A stretch of DNA of 64,000 bases from Desulfobacteraceae bacterium (GCA_011390345.1 JAABSP010000008.1:21277-85276); one strand, 5' to 3'. Positions 43,191-53,170 are shown, numbered from the stretch's first letter. Made by a program: numbers and translations. The notes: generated by a model from the letters alone, not told the origin.

Positions 43191-43877
43191 ATGGCGGCAA
43201 AAAAGCAGACCCGTGGAAAATGCGCCTTCTGCGGAAAGGAGACGGCAAAGGGTTGGATGACCCGTCATCTCAAATCGTGCGAAGCACGGGCAGCGGCCGT
43301 AGAGAAGGCCGACGGGAAAAAGGGAACCGAGCAGAACATCTACCATCTCCAGATCGAAGATGCCTATCAGAAGGATTTCTGGCTCCATCTCGAGATGAAC
43401 GGAAATGCGACGATGGAAGAGCTGGATGCCTACCTCAGGGCCATCTGGCTCGAATGCTGCGGCCATCTGAGCGAATTCACCTTCGAAGCCTGGAGCGAAG
43501 ATGCCACCGTCGATATGGAGACCAGAGCCGACAAGGTCTTCTCCGTCGGAGCCGAACTGCTGCACCTCTATGATTTCGGCACCACCTCCGAAACCGTAGT
43601 CAAGGTGATCGATGAACGAGAGGGGCAGCCCATGTCCGAACATCCGATCTTTCTGATGTCCCGAAACGGAATGCCCGAAGTCACCTGTCTGGAGTGTGAC
43701 AGGAGGGCAGAATGGCTCTGCATGGAGTGCCTCATCGAGGATGGAGAGATGGGCATCTTCTGCCGCGAACATATCGAAGAACATCCCCATGACGGCTACG
43801 GAGATCCGGTGGAGCTGGTCAACTCTCCCCGGGTGGGGATGTGCGGATATGACGGCCCTGCGGAGCCGCCCTATTGA
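43191..43877 (+). CDS. Cys/His-rich hypothetical protein (possible MM3350/pRiA4b-ORF3-like core)
   Basis: MAAKKQTRGKCAFCGKE...HLKSC at the N-terminus and CLECDRRAEWLCMEC...CREHIEEHPH at the C-terminus. Family assignment is tentative. The track start at 43140 is also possible. Confidence 0.5.
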   Translation: MAAKKQTRGKCAFCGKETAKGWMTRHLKSCEARAAAVEKADGKKGTEQNIYHLQIEDAYQKDFWLHLEMNGNATMEELDAYLRAIWLECCGHLSEFTFEAWSEDATVDMETRADKVFSVGAELLHLYDFGTTSETVVKVIDEREGQPMSEHPIFLMSRNGMPEVTCLECDRRAEWLCMECLIEDGEMGIFCREHIEEHPHDGYGDPVELVNSPRVGMCGYDGPAEPPY

Positions 43878-45346
43878 GGGCTCGAGCAACGGCTGGCCAT
43901 TCAGAGGATACCCCGGGGCCAAATCGATGGGTCGTCTTTGCGCTGGTCTCCATCGGTATCTTCATGTCCACCCTGGACGGCAGTATTGTCAACATTGCGC
44001 TGCCGGTCATCATGGAGGATCTCAATTCTTCCCTGTCGGTGATCGAGTGGGTGATGATGATATACCTGCTCACGGTCTCCTCGCTGCTGCTGAGCTTTGG
44101 CCGGCTGAGCGACATCCGGGGCCGGCGCTGGGTCTACAGCCGGGGGCTGCTCATCTTTGCGGCCGGTTCCCTCTTCTGCGGGATGGCCTCGACAGCGCGC
44201 TGGCTCATTGCCGCGCGCGCGTTTCAGGGGGTGGGAGCGGCAATGATCATGTCCTGCACCCCCGCGCTGGTGGCCGATGCATTTCCGGCTGCAGAGCGTG
44301 GAAAGGCTCTCGGGATGATGGGAACCGTTGTGGCCTCGGGGCTGACTCTGGGGCCGGCACTGGGCGGCTGGATCGTGAGTATCCTCTCCTGGCAGTTCAT
44401 CTTCTACATCAACGTCCCCATCGGGATCGTGGCCGCGTGGATCGTGGCTCGGATTCTAAAGGGAAGCGCAGCCGACGAGATCCGTCCCGAGCCCTTTGAC
44501 TGGGCCGGCGCGCTCCTGCTCACCTTCTCTTTGGCCCCGTTCATCTATGCGGTCTCCCGGGGCTATGACTGGGGCTACGGCTCCCTCTCCTTTCTGCTGC
44601 TCTGCGGCCTCTCGGCTGCCGCACTGATCGGGCTGGTCATCGCGGAGCGACATATCGACCCGCCCCTGATCGACCCGGCAATATTAAAGATCAGGATGTT
44701 CACCCTGCCGCTGATCTCGGCCATGATCCTCTTTGTGGGACTCTTTGTCCTGATCTTTCTGATGCCCTTCTTCATGATCCACCCGATGGGAGTTCCGGTG
44801 CAGCATGCCGGGTATGTGATGGTGATTCCCTTCTTCTTTCTCTTTCTCCTCTCTCCGATCTCGGGAAGCCTTTCGGACCGGATCGGCTCCCGGGTTCTCT
44901 GCACGGTCGGTCTGGGAGGATTGAGCGCGGGGCTCTTCTTTCTCTCCCGCCTCACCCCGGATGCCGGATTTATCGATATCGGCTGGCCCATGGCCCTGGC
45001 CGGGGTGGGAACAGCGATCTTTGTTCCCCCCAACAACGCGGCCATCATGAGCGCCGTTCCCCGGCCCCGAGTGGGGGTGGCATCGGCCACGCTGGCTGCA
45101 TCCCGGAATCTGGGGATGGTCTTTGGCGTCACCCTGGCCGGAACCCTGTTCAACACCATCTTCCACCATCTCAGCGGCGGAAAGGAATTCAAGACCTACA
45201 GCCCCGAGATCGCATCCACCTTCATGACCGCGTTCGAATATGCCATGCTGGCCGGCGCGGCTGTTGCAGCCCTTGGGATGATCACGAGCGCGCTGCGGGG
45301 AAAGGAGAGCCGGATTCGGGAGAAGGGCGAGAACAAGGGGGGTTAA
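43874..45346 (+). CDS. MFS transporter, DHA2/EmrB-like (14 TMS)
   Basis: Contains FMSTLDGSIVNIALPVI and GRLSDIRGRRW, with 14 hydrophobic segments by eye. The start codon is uncertain (the track uses TTG). Confidence 0.85.
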   Translation: MRARATAGHSEDTPGPNRWVVFALVSIGIFMSTLDGSIVNIALPVIMEDLNSSLSVIEWVMMIYLLTVSSLLLSFGRLSDIRGRRWVYSRGLLIFAAGSLFCGMASTARWLIAARAFQGVGAAMIMSCTPALVADAFPAAERGKALGMMGTVVASGLTLGPALGGWIVSILSWQFIFYINVPIGIVAAWIVARILKGSAADEIRPEPFDWAGALLLTFSLAPFIYAVSRGYDWGYGSLSFLLLCGLSAAALIGLVIAERHIDPPLIDPAILKIRMFTLPLISAMILFVGLFVLIFLMPFFMIHPMGVPVQHAGYVMVIPFFFLFLLSPISGSLSDRIGSRVLCTVGLGGLSAGLFFLSRLTPDAGFIDIGWPMALAGVGTAIFVPPNNAAIMSAVPRPRVGVASATLAASRNLGMVFGVTLAGTLFNTIFHHLSGGKEFKTYSPEIASTFMTAFEYAMLAGAAVAALGMITSALRGKESRIREKGENKGG

Positions 45347-46143
45347 TACTTCTTCCAGAGCGATTTGAACCGGTCCCGGCCCCACCGGAGATAGTTTCTG
45401 TCCGGCGTAAAGATCTCGAAGGTTGCAGTGCCGTCGAAGCCGATCTTTTTCAGCGCCTTTATGATGGACTTGAAGTCGATCCGGCCCGCGCCCGGAGGCA
45501 GGTGATCGTCGCTTCGGCCCCGGTTGTCGCTTACATGGAGATGTTCCAGCCGGTCCCCGTACCGCTCGATAAACCCGATGGCCTTTCGGCTCTTCGGGTC
45601 CCCGCCGATGTTGGCATGGCCCGTGTCAAAGGTGAAGTGCAGCTCGGGGAATCGGCGGAAGAGTCCCTCGAACTCGTCCGGCTTGTAAAAGATGCCGCAG
45701 TCCGGGGGCATATTCTCCGCGCACAGGGTGATGCCGGCACTGCTTCCGGCCCCTGTGATCTTTTCCAGGCTCTCATAGGCGTACTCCATGGAAAGCTCGG
45801 GCACAAATCCGCCAAGGCCGCTCAGGTAGGGAGGATGGAGTACGGCATTTTTCGCGCCGATCTCGGCTGCCGTCTCGATGGAGCGGATCATCTCCTCCAC
45901 CGATGCCTTCCGGATCGATGGGGTCAGATCGGCCGTATATACAAAGGTGGGCAGATGGCAGACAAGATCGAGATTCTGGTCTGCAAGCAGACTCCGGATC
46001 TCGTTCTTTTCCTTCAGTACCTGTGTGTAATGGGCATTGGGGGCATCCAGGGTCAGCTCCAGATAGTCGAACCCCAGTTCCGCAATGGCCTTGATCTCAT
46101 TTGTGATCGGCTCCAGCGGGGAGTTCATCGCGCCGTATTTCAT
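45343..46143 (-). CDS. Sugar-phosphate isomerase/epimerase (xylose-isomerase-like TIM barrel)
   Basis: The ATG at 46143 has an AAAGGAGA RBS. Contains LELTLD, VLHPP and LHVSDN blocks typical of the AP_endonuc_2 fold. Confidence 0.8.
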   Translation of the reverse strand: MKYGAMNSPLEPITNEIKAIAELGFDYLELTLDAPNAHYTQVLKEKNEIRSLLADQNLDLVCHLPTFVYTADLTPSIRKASVEEMIRSIETAAEIGAKNAVLHPPYLSGLGGFVPELSMEYAYESLEKITGAGSSAGITLCAENMPPDCGIFYKPDEFEGLFRRFPELHFTFDTGHANIGGDPKSRKAIGFIERYGDRLEHLHVSDNRGRSDDHLPPGAGRIDFKSIIKALKKIGFDGTATFEIFTPDRNYLRWGRDRFKSLWKKY

Positions 46144-46156
46144 GATCTTTCTCCTT

Positions 46157-47686
46157 TCAATGTTTACCGATTGGCGTGGATGCTTTCGGATCTCGAACCT
46201 CTTTCGGCAGCAGCCATCCAAAGACAAGACAGAGGATCGCAGCGCAGAAAGCGGCCCGGAAGACAATTTGGATGCCTTGAGACATCGCGGTCCTGAGGGC
46301 GTTCTGTACCGTCTGGCTCAACCCCTCCTGAATCTCCGGGGAGAAGAGATGCTCCAGGCTTCCGCCGATCTTCTCCTGCAGTTGGAGGGGAAATTTTTCC
46401 CGCCAGTCTCGGCCCATGATCCCCTCCATGCTTCTCATGAATGCGGCCGTCAGAAAGCTGCCCGCGATTCCGATGCCCACGGTTCCCCCCAGGGTCCGGG
46501 TGAACTGGTGGGAGGAGGTGGCCACCCCGAGATTCGAGATCTCGATGCTCTCCTGCACGATGAGCAGGGTGCTGATGGAGATGAATCCCATCCCGGTTCC
46601 GGCCAGGCCCACCGCAGCGGAGCAGAGGATCAGGGATGTGGCGGGGGTGAAAAAGAGGGTCATGCCGCATCCTCCAATGAGACAGAGTCCTCCGAATCGT
46701 GCGGCCGACCGGTTTCCGGTCCTCTCGACGATCTGGCCGCAGAGCAGTGCCCCCAAAGACCACCCGAGGCTGAGGGAGATCATGGCGATTCCGAGCTGCG
46801 CGGCTGTTTTTCCTAAAGCGCCCTGGATGAAGAGCGGAATATAGGCCGAGAGTGTAAAGATGGCAAAGCTGCTGAAGAAGACGCAGAGGTTGCCCATAGA
46901 AAAACCCGGAATCCGGAAGAAGGGGAGGGGGAGAATCGGCTCTGGAGCCCGCTTTTCCGCAATGTAGAAGAAGGCGGAGGAGATGAAGAAGAGGAGCACC
47001 AGACCCATGATCTCCGGGGAGAGCCATCGGGCCTCCCGTCCCCCCATCAGAAAAGCCCCCAGCAGGGAGAGGATCGATACGGAAAGGGTGAGAGCCCCAA
47101 GAAGATCGAGACTTACGGCCTTTCGTTTTTCTCTGGTTTCCTGTAAAAAGATGAGGATGCCGGCCAGGGAGAAGCCGCCCAGGGGCAGGTTGATGTAGAA
47201 GATCCAGCGCCAGGAGACATAGGTGACGATAAAGCCGCCGATGGTGGGCCCTAAAACGCTGGCAAGCCCCCAGACAAAGCTGGCCAGAGACATCATCTTC
47301 CCCCGCTTTCCGGGCGGAGAGATGTCTGAAAGAACGATATAGGCCAGCGCGAAATTTCCCCCCGCGCCGATCCCCTGGATGGTCCGCCAGAAGATGAGCT
47401 GGGTCATGCTCGTGGATGTGCCCGAAAGGACAGATCCCAAAAGGAAGATCCCGATGGCAATTCCGTAGAGAATGCGGTTTTCGAAAAGATCGCAGAGCTT
47501 ACCGAAGATCGGCAGAGAGACGGCCCGGCTCAACATATATGAGGAGAACGCCCAACTGTAGAGATGGAGCCCCCCGAGATCCGCGATGATGGTGGGCATG
47601 GCAGCCGACATGATCAGGGTGTCCAGTGCCCCCAGAAAGAGCGCGAGGAGGGTTGCGAGGATGATGTAGATTTTGCTTTTTTCCAT
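46157..47686 (-). CDS. MFS transporter, DHA2-like (14 TMS)
   Basis: MEKSKIYIILATLLALFLGALDTLIMSAAMPTI... and FGKLCDLFENR. Start at ATG 47686. Confidence 0.85.
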   Translation of the reverse strand: MEKSKIYIILATLLALFLGALDTLIMSAAMPTIIADLGGLHLYSWAFSSYMLSRAVSLPIFGKLCDLFENRILYGIAIGIFLLGSVLSGTSTSMTQLIFWRTIQGIGAGGNFALAYIVLSDISPPGKRGKMMSLASFVWGLASVLGPTIGGFIVTYVSWRWIFYINLPLGGFSLAGILIFLQETREKRKAVSLDLLGALTLSVSILSLLGAFLMGGREARWLSPEIMGLVLLFFISSAFFYIAEKRAPEPILPLPFFRIPGFSMGNLCVFFSSFAIFTLSAYIPLFIQGALGKTAAQLGIAMISLSLGWSLGALLCGQIVERTGNRSAARFGGLCLIGGCGMTLFFTPATSLILCSAAVGLAGTGMGFISISTLLIVQESIEISNLGVATSSHQFTRTLGGTVGIGIAGSFLTAAFMRSMEGIMGRDWREKFPLQLQEKIGGSLEHLFSPEIQEGLSQTVQNALRTAMSQGIQIVFRAAFCAAILCLVFGWLLPKEVRDPKASTPIGKH

Positions 47687-47942
47687 TAAGCCCCAAAATT
47701 TCAGTTTTCGGATGCATAACCGGTAAAGGAGTGATATTATCACAGGGGCTCGGATTTTAACAGACGAATCCGCCCGAATCTGCTATAATCTCTCCTCCTG
47801 TCTTCCGGTCTTCAGAAGAGCGGCGGATCGGGAGAAGAGGAGCCCCGATAAGAAATGAATGGGACGAAACCATTGTCTCCTGTAAAAGGAAATGGCCCTG
47901 TGAGCCATTATCGATAAGAAAGAGAGTACTGAGGGGAAGAAG

Positions 47943-50900
47943 ATGAAGGTATTGGGTATTTGCATCGGCGCATCGACCATTTCAACCGTACAACTGGAAA
48001 CCCCGCAGCCCTGGATTGCAGGAGCCGAACCCTCCGCAGAGGGTAGGCCCCGGGTGATCCGCCATTCCCTCCATCCCCACGGCGGCGATCCCCGGCAGAC
48101 CCTGAGCGACGCACTTGCGGAGATCAACCCGGATCAGTTCGACCGGATCGCGGTCACGGGCCGGCGGTTCCGCCATTTTGTCAACCTCTCCCAGATCTCC
48201 GAGCCCGAGGCCGTGGAGTATGCCTACCGCCATGTGAAGCCCGAAGGGGTGGACTGCCCGGCAGTGATCTCGGCCGGCGGGGAAACCTTCATGGCCTATG
48301 TCCTCAATGGTGCGGGGCAGATTGCAAACGTGCTTACCGGAAACAAGTGCGCATCCGGAACCGGAGAGTTCTTTCTCCAGCAGCTCCGGCGCCTCAACGT
48401 GCCGGTGGAGGCTGTGGGGGAGCTTGCGGATACCGATTCGCCCTACCGGCTTTCTGGCCGCTGCTCGGTCTTCTGCAAGTCGGACTGCACCCATGCCACC
48501 AACAAAGGGGTTCCCATCGAGCGGGTCACCGCGGGCCTCTGCCGGATGATGTCCAACAAGATTTTAGAGCTGTTGAAGAATGTGGAGAAGCGAAATGTCA
48601 TGATCACCGGCGGCACGGTGCGCAACCCGGTGATGGTCCGCTATCTCGAAGAAGAGATCCCGGGGCTGATCGTTCCCGCGGAGGCGCCCTATTTCGAGGC
48701 ACTCGGGGCAGCGCTCTGGGCTCTCACCAACGAGACCCGGCCATTTACCTCGGACGACAGCGCAAAACTCTTCCTGCCGGACGCTGCCACCTTCGACACT
48801 CTGCCCCGCCTCTCCGACTTCGAGGACGCGGTCGCGTTCAAGGATATCGCAAAAGGGGAGGTCGCAGAGGGAGACGTCTGCATCCTGGGGCTCGACGTCG
48901 GCTCCACTACCACAAAGGCCGTGCTGATGCGAACGGAAGAGAGTGCGATCCTCGCGTCGGTCTATCTCAAGACCAACGGCAACCCGGTGGGGGCATCCCG
49001 GGAGTGCTACCGGAGCATCCTCGATAAGGTGAAGGAGAAGATCGATCCGGAGAAGATCGAAATCATCGGGCTGGGGGTCTGCGGATCGGGCCGGCAGATC
49101 GCGGGGCTCCACGGGCTCACCGACGGCGTGATCAACGAGATCATCGCGCACGCGGCCGCAGCAGTCTATTTTGATCCCGAGGTGGATACGATTTTGGAGA
49201 TCGGGGGGCAGGATGCCAAATATACCTACATCACCAATGGGGTTCCGTCGGACTATGCCATGAACGAGGCCTGTTCGGCCGGCACGGGCTCCTTTCTGGA
49301 GGAGTCGGCCCTGGAGACTCTGGGAATTCCCATGGAGGGGATCGCGGAGATCGCAGTCAAAGGGGAGCGTCCTCCCAACTTCAACGATCAGTGCGCGGCC
49401 TTCATCTCCTCGGACATCAAGACCGCCATCCATGACGGGGTTCGCCAGAACGACGTGGTGGCAGGATTGGTCTACTCCATATCCATGAACTACTGCAACC
49501 GGGTCAAGGGCAACCGTCCCGTGGGGGAGAAGATCTTCATGCAGGGCGGGGTCTGCTACAACCGGGCCGTTCCCCTGGCCATGGCCTCCATCCTCGGAAA
49601 GCCCATTGTGGTGCCGCCGGAGCCGGGGCTGATGGGCGCGTTCGGGGTGGCACTCGAAGTGGAGAAGCGGATCGACGCGGGGCTGATGGAGGCCGGACGC
49701 TTCGACCTGCAGACCCTGATCGACCGGGATGTGAAGTACGGGAAATCCTTTACCTGCAAGGGCGGAAAGGAGCGGTGCGACCGCCACTGCGAGATCGCGG
49801 CCATCGACCTGGAGGGGAAGAAGTACCCCTTTGGCGGCGCATGCAACCGATATTACAACCTCCGCCGGAACATCCGGTACGACATCATCAAGCTCGATCT
49901 GGTGGGGGCCCGGCAGCGGATCATCTTCGAAGCGGAGGCGGAAAAGCCGGAAAGCCTACCGGAAAACCTTTCGGAAAGCCTTCCGGAGAAGGATCAGCGG
50001 CCCCGGATCGGCTTCAACCGGAGCTTTCTGGTCAACACCTACTTCCCCCTCTATGCGACCTTCTTCTCGGAGATCGGCTTTGAACCGGTGATTCCGGACG
50101 AGCCTTCCGAAGCGGGCATTGACCGGCGAAACGCGCCTTTTTGCTTTCCCGCGGAGCTGGCCCACGGCTTTTTCCATGCACTGATCGCAGAAGAGAGCCC
50201 GCCCGAGTATCTCTTCCTGCCCCATTTCAAGGCGGTTCCCACCCAGATTGAAGATTGCAACGCACAGGTCTGTCCTCTTGTGCAGGGGGAGACCTTCTAT
50301 CTCAAGACCACCTTCAAGGCGGAACTGGACCGGTTAAAAGAGGAGGGGACTGGGGTGATCTCGCCCCTCATCGATCTGACAAAGGGGCTTCACACGATCC
50401 GAAAGCCCCTGGTTTCGGCTGCGGCAGAGATGGGGGTGGATGCCCAAAAGGCCAATGCCGCGGTCGATAAGGCCATAGCCGCGCAGGCCGAGGCTGTCGA
50501 ACGGATGAAGAGGATGGGAAAAGAGGCGCTGGCAGAGCTTGAGGCCGATCCGGAGCGGATCGCGGCCGTGATTTTTGCCCGGCCTTACAGCGGCTTTGCC
50601 GAGGAGGCCCACATGGGCATCCCGAGAAAGCTCGCCTCCCGGGGGGTGATGGTGATCCCCATGGATTTCCTTCCCTATGAAGAGGAGCCCCTCATGGGCC
50701 ACATGTACTGGGGCCTGGGCCAGACCATCATGAAGGCCGCGGCCCTGGCCGAGCGCCATCCCCAGCTCTTCGGGGTCTATATCACAAACTTCTCCTGCGG
50801 CCCCGACTCATTTATAATCACCTATTTCAGAAACCTGATGGGCAGAAAGCCGGCCCTGACTCTGGAGCTGGACAGCCATACCGCGGACGCGGGGCTGGAG

Positions 50901-52340
50901 ACGAGAATCGAGGCATTTCTGGATGTGGTTGCCGCATACCGGCAGCAGCAGGCCGCAGACCGGCTTCCCCCGGTCCGGGAGAACGGTTTTGTTCCGGCAG
51001 AGACGGTTCGGGAAGATGGCAGAATCAAGGTGATCGCCTCCTCCGGTGAGAAACTGGCCTTTACGGATCCGCGGGTAGTCTTTCTCACCCCCTCTATGGG
51101 CCGCTATTCGACCGAGGCCATCACTACAGTTTTCCGTGCGGAAGGGATCAATGCTGTGCATCTGGCCCCTGCGGACGAGGCCGTGCTGAAGCTGGGCCGG
51201 GCCAACACCACCTGCAAGGAGTGCCTCCCGCTACAGCTCACCACAGGCGGGCTTCTCGATTTCATCCGGAACCGGAAAAAGCCGGATGAGGTGCTGGTAT
51301 ATTTCATGGCCACGGCCTCGGGCCCCTGCCGCTTCGGCCAGTACTCGATCTTCATGCAGGAGCTGATCAAGCGACACCAGATCCCGGATGTGGCCTTCTT
51401 CTCTTTAAGCGGCGAAGACTCCTATTCCGGGATGAGCGGCGCGTTCGAGCGGCGGGCCTGGTGGGCCGTCCTTCTGTCGGATGCGATGGAGGACATGCGC
51501 GCGATGCTGCTGGCCAATGCTGTCGATCCGGGTGGCGCTGTTTCGCTTCTGGACCAGGAGTGGGAGGAGATCCTCTTCGGCATTCAGTATGGTGGCTTTG
51601 AGGAGATCTCGGCCATTGCCAGGAAATCCTCGGCCCGCCTGAAGGAGATTCCTCTGAGCCGGCCCGTGGACGCGGTTCCCAAGGTTGCGCTCACCGGAGA
51701 GATCTATGTGAGAAGAGATGGCCTTTCCCGACAGTATCTCACGGAAAAGCTTGCGGAGAAGGGGTTTGCAGTGACCTGCTCCCCCATCGCGGAGTGGGTG
51801 CTCTACTGCGATTATCTCTACTACAACGGGATCTGCGGGGGGAAGGTCACGCCTTTGAAGGCGCTCAAAGGCATTTTGAAAAAGCGGTATATGTCCAGAA
51901 GCGAGCGGCGGCTGAAGTCGATTCTGGCCGAATCGGGATTGATCGATTTCCATCCCGTGGATATTGAAAAGATCATCCGAAATGCCAGCCCGGACATCGG
52001 CGTGAATCTGACAGGGGAGGCGGTGCTGACGGTGGGTGCATCCCTTGCGGAGATCGCAACAGATGTCTGCGGCGTGATCGCTATCGGCCCTTTTGGCTGT
52101 ATGCCCAACCGGCTGTCGGAATCGATTCTGGCAACCTCGATGGTTAAGGAGCGGAAACTCTCCACCGATCCCGGGGATGATCGGCTTCGCGCCACCCTGA
52201 CCCATTTCGACGATTTGCCCTTTTTCGCCATCGAGACCGACGGATCGCCCTTTCCGCAACTGGTCAACGCGAAGCTGGAGACCTTCTGCCTCAGGGCCGA
52301 GCGGCTTCACCGGCAGATGCTCGGCGCCCAGAGGAACTAG
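47943..52340 (+). CDS. Fused double BcrA/BadF/HgdC-type ATPase ('activase') + DUF2229/HgdB-like domains (CoA-substrate-specific enzyme activase family)
   Basis: 1465 aa. There are two acetate/sugar-kinase-fold modules (VLGICIGASTIS...CASGTGEFF and ILGLDVGSTTTKAV...CSAGTGSFLE). A ~900-aa region typical of the long YjiL/YjiM-like fusions follows. Confidence 0.88.
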   Translation: MKVLGICIGASTISTVQLETPQPWIAGAEPSAEGRPRVIRHSLHPHGGDPRQTLSDALAEINPDQFDRIAVTGRRFRHFVNLSQISEPEAVEYAYRHVKPEGVDCPAVISAGGETFMAYVLNGAGQIANVLTGNKCASGTGEFFLQQLRRLNVPVEAVGELADTDSPYRLSGRCSVFCKSDCTHATNKGVPIERVTAGLCRMMSNKILELLKNVEKRNVMITGGTVRNPVMVRYLEEEIPGLIVPAEAPYFEALGAALWALTNETRPFTSDDSAKLFLPDAATFDTLPRLSDFEDAVAFKDIAKGEVAEGDVCILGLDVGSTTTKAVLMRTEESAILASVYLKTNGNPVGASRECYRSILDKVKEKIDPEKIEIIGLGVCGSGRQIAGLHGLTDGVINEIIAHAAAAVYFDPEVDTILEIGGQDAKYTYITNGVPSDYAMNEACSAGTGSFLEESALETLGIPMEGIAEIAVKGERPPNFNDQCAAFISSDIKTAIHDGVRQNDVVAGLVYSISMNYCNRVKGNRPVGEKIFMQGGVCYNRAVPLAMASILGKPIVVPPEPGLMGAFGVALEVEKRIDAGLMEAGRFDLQTLIDRDVKYGKSFTCKGGKERCDRHCEIAAIDLEGKKYPFGGACNRYYNLRRNIRYDIIKLDLVGARQRIIFEAEAEKPESLPENLSESLPEKDQRPRIGFNRSFLVNTYFPLYATFFSEIGFEPVIPDEPSEAGIDRRNAPFCFPAELAHGFFHALIAEESPPEYLFLPHFKAVPTQIEDCNAQVCPLVQGETFYLKTTFKAELDRLKEEGTGVISPLIDLTKGLHTIRKPLVSAAAEMGVDAQKANAAVDKAIAAQAEAVERMKRMGKEALAELEADPERIAAVIFARPYSGFAEEAHMGIPRKLASRGVMVIPMDFLPYEEEPLMGHMYWGLGQTIMKAAALAERHPQLFGVYITNFSCGPDSFIITYFRNLMGRKPALTLELDSHTADAGLETRIEAFLDVVAAYRQQQAADRLPPVRENGFVPAETVREDGRIKVIASSGEKLAFTDPRVVFLTPSMGRYSTEAITTVFRAEGINAVHLAPADEAVLKLGRANTTCKECLPLQLTTGGLLDFIRNRKKPDEVLVYFMATASGPCRFGQYSIFMQELIKRHQIPDVAFFSLSGEDSYSGMSGAFERRAWWAVLLSDAMEDMRAMLLANAVDPGGAVSLLDQEWEEILFGIQYGGFEEISAIARKSSARLKEIPLSRPVDAVPKVALTGEIYVRRDGLSRQYLTEKLAEKGFAVTCSPIAEWVLYCDYLYYNGICGGKVTPLKALKGILKKRYMSRSERRLKSILAESGLIDFHPVDIEKIIRNASPDIGVNLTGEAVLTVGASLAEIATDVCGVIAIGPFGCMPNRLSESILATSMVKERKLSTDPGDDRLRATLTHFDDLPFFAIETDGSPFPQLVNAKLETFCLRAERLHRQMLGAQRN

Positions 52341-52348
52341 AAGGTCAG

Positions 52349-53020
52349 CTACTCCAGCTCTTTGCTGCAGTGCTTGCAGACCTTGGCCTGCTGCTTGATG
52401 ATCTCCGCGCAGAAGGGGCACTCCCGGGTGAAGTATCGGGCATGAATCTTTTTAATGGATTCCTCCACCTTCTCCTGGATCAGCGGATTGCCTAACTTGA
52501 AATTGCGCAGCGGATCGATGGCCTCAAGCTCTCCGATGTCGCCGATCATCTCCGCAGCCTTGAGCCGCACCTTGGGGGGCTCGGCCCCATCAGTCAGGAT
52601 ATTCAAGACCGTAACCCCGTCCTTCTGCACATAGCACTCCGCCAGCACGGAAAAACCCCGCTTGGTGTTCTCCTTCAGCACCTCCTGCTGCATGAGGATT
52701 TGGTCGTCGATCACCTGGCCCTTTGCACCCTCGGGGCTGAAGACCGGCATGCATTCGAACTTCTCCTCCCCGGGATAGCACATGCACCGGTACGAGGCGG
52801 TCTGCCCGAAGTTCTCCTCCATGTTGGACCACCCTTCGGTAAAGAGGGAGCACTCGTCATTGAAGCAGACAAAGATATAGGGAACTCCCCAGCCCAGGCC
52901 GTCGCTGAAGGAGATGGGCGGCACCTCCCACAGGCTCATCTCCTGGCTGCAGTGGGGGCATAAAGGCTTATCCATCGCCATGACGCGCTCGCAGAATTCA
53001 TCTCTGGTTTCGATCGGCAT
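52349..53020 (-). CDS. Zinc-ribbon / HEAT-like / zinc-ribbon protein (paralogue B), function unknown
   Basis: The ATG at 53020 has an AGGAG RBS. Contains CPHCSQEM...CFNDEC, KVRLKAAEMIGDIG and CPFCAEIIKQQAKVCKHC. It is collinear with 24411..25088. Confidence 0.7.
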   Translation of the reverse strand: MPIETRDEFCERVMAMDKPLCPHCSQEMSLWEVPPISFSDGLGWGVPYIFVCFNDECSLFTEGWSNMEENFGQTASYRCMCYPGEEKFECMPVFSPEGAKGQVIDDQILMQQEVLKENTKRGFSVLAECYVQKDGVTVLNILTDGAEPPKVRLKAAEMIGDIGELEAIDPLRNFKLGNPLIQEKVEESIKKIHARYFTRECPFCAEIIKQQAKVCKHCSKELE

Positions 53021-53170
53021 AATTTCTTCTCCTGATTTTCGACCGCAGGGCGCGGTAAAGCCCTTCCCATGCGATCCTGTTGGATGGGTCAAATAAGATG
53101 GGTAAAATAAACGGTGCGGATCATCTTTTCAAAATCCGGCTCTATAAGCATAAGGATGATCCGGAAGGAA

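Noticed and set aside
49921-49990. Short direct repeats (CCGGAAAGCCT/CCGGAAAACCT...) as a possible CRISPR or minisatellite.
   Set aside because: They lie in frame inside the activase ORF and encode a low-complexity linker (PESLPENLSESLPEK). There are only 2-3 imperfect units and no spacers.
24411-53020. The inverted paralogues at 24.4 kb and 53.0 kb as terminal repeats of a composite mobile element or invertible segment.
   Set aside because: The similarity is mainly at the protein level, and only the last ~80 nt are close at the DNA level. No transposase or recombinase is present, and the intervening genes have the same composition as the flanks.
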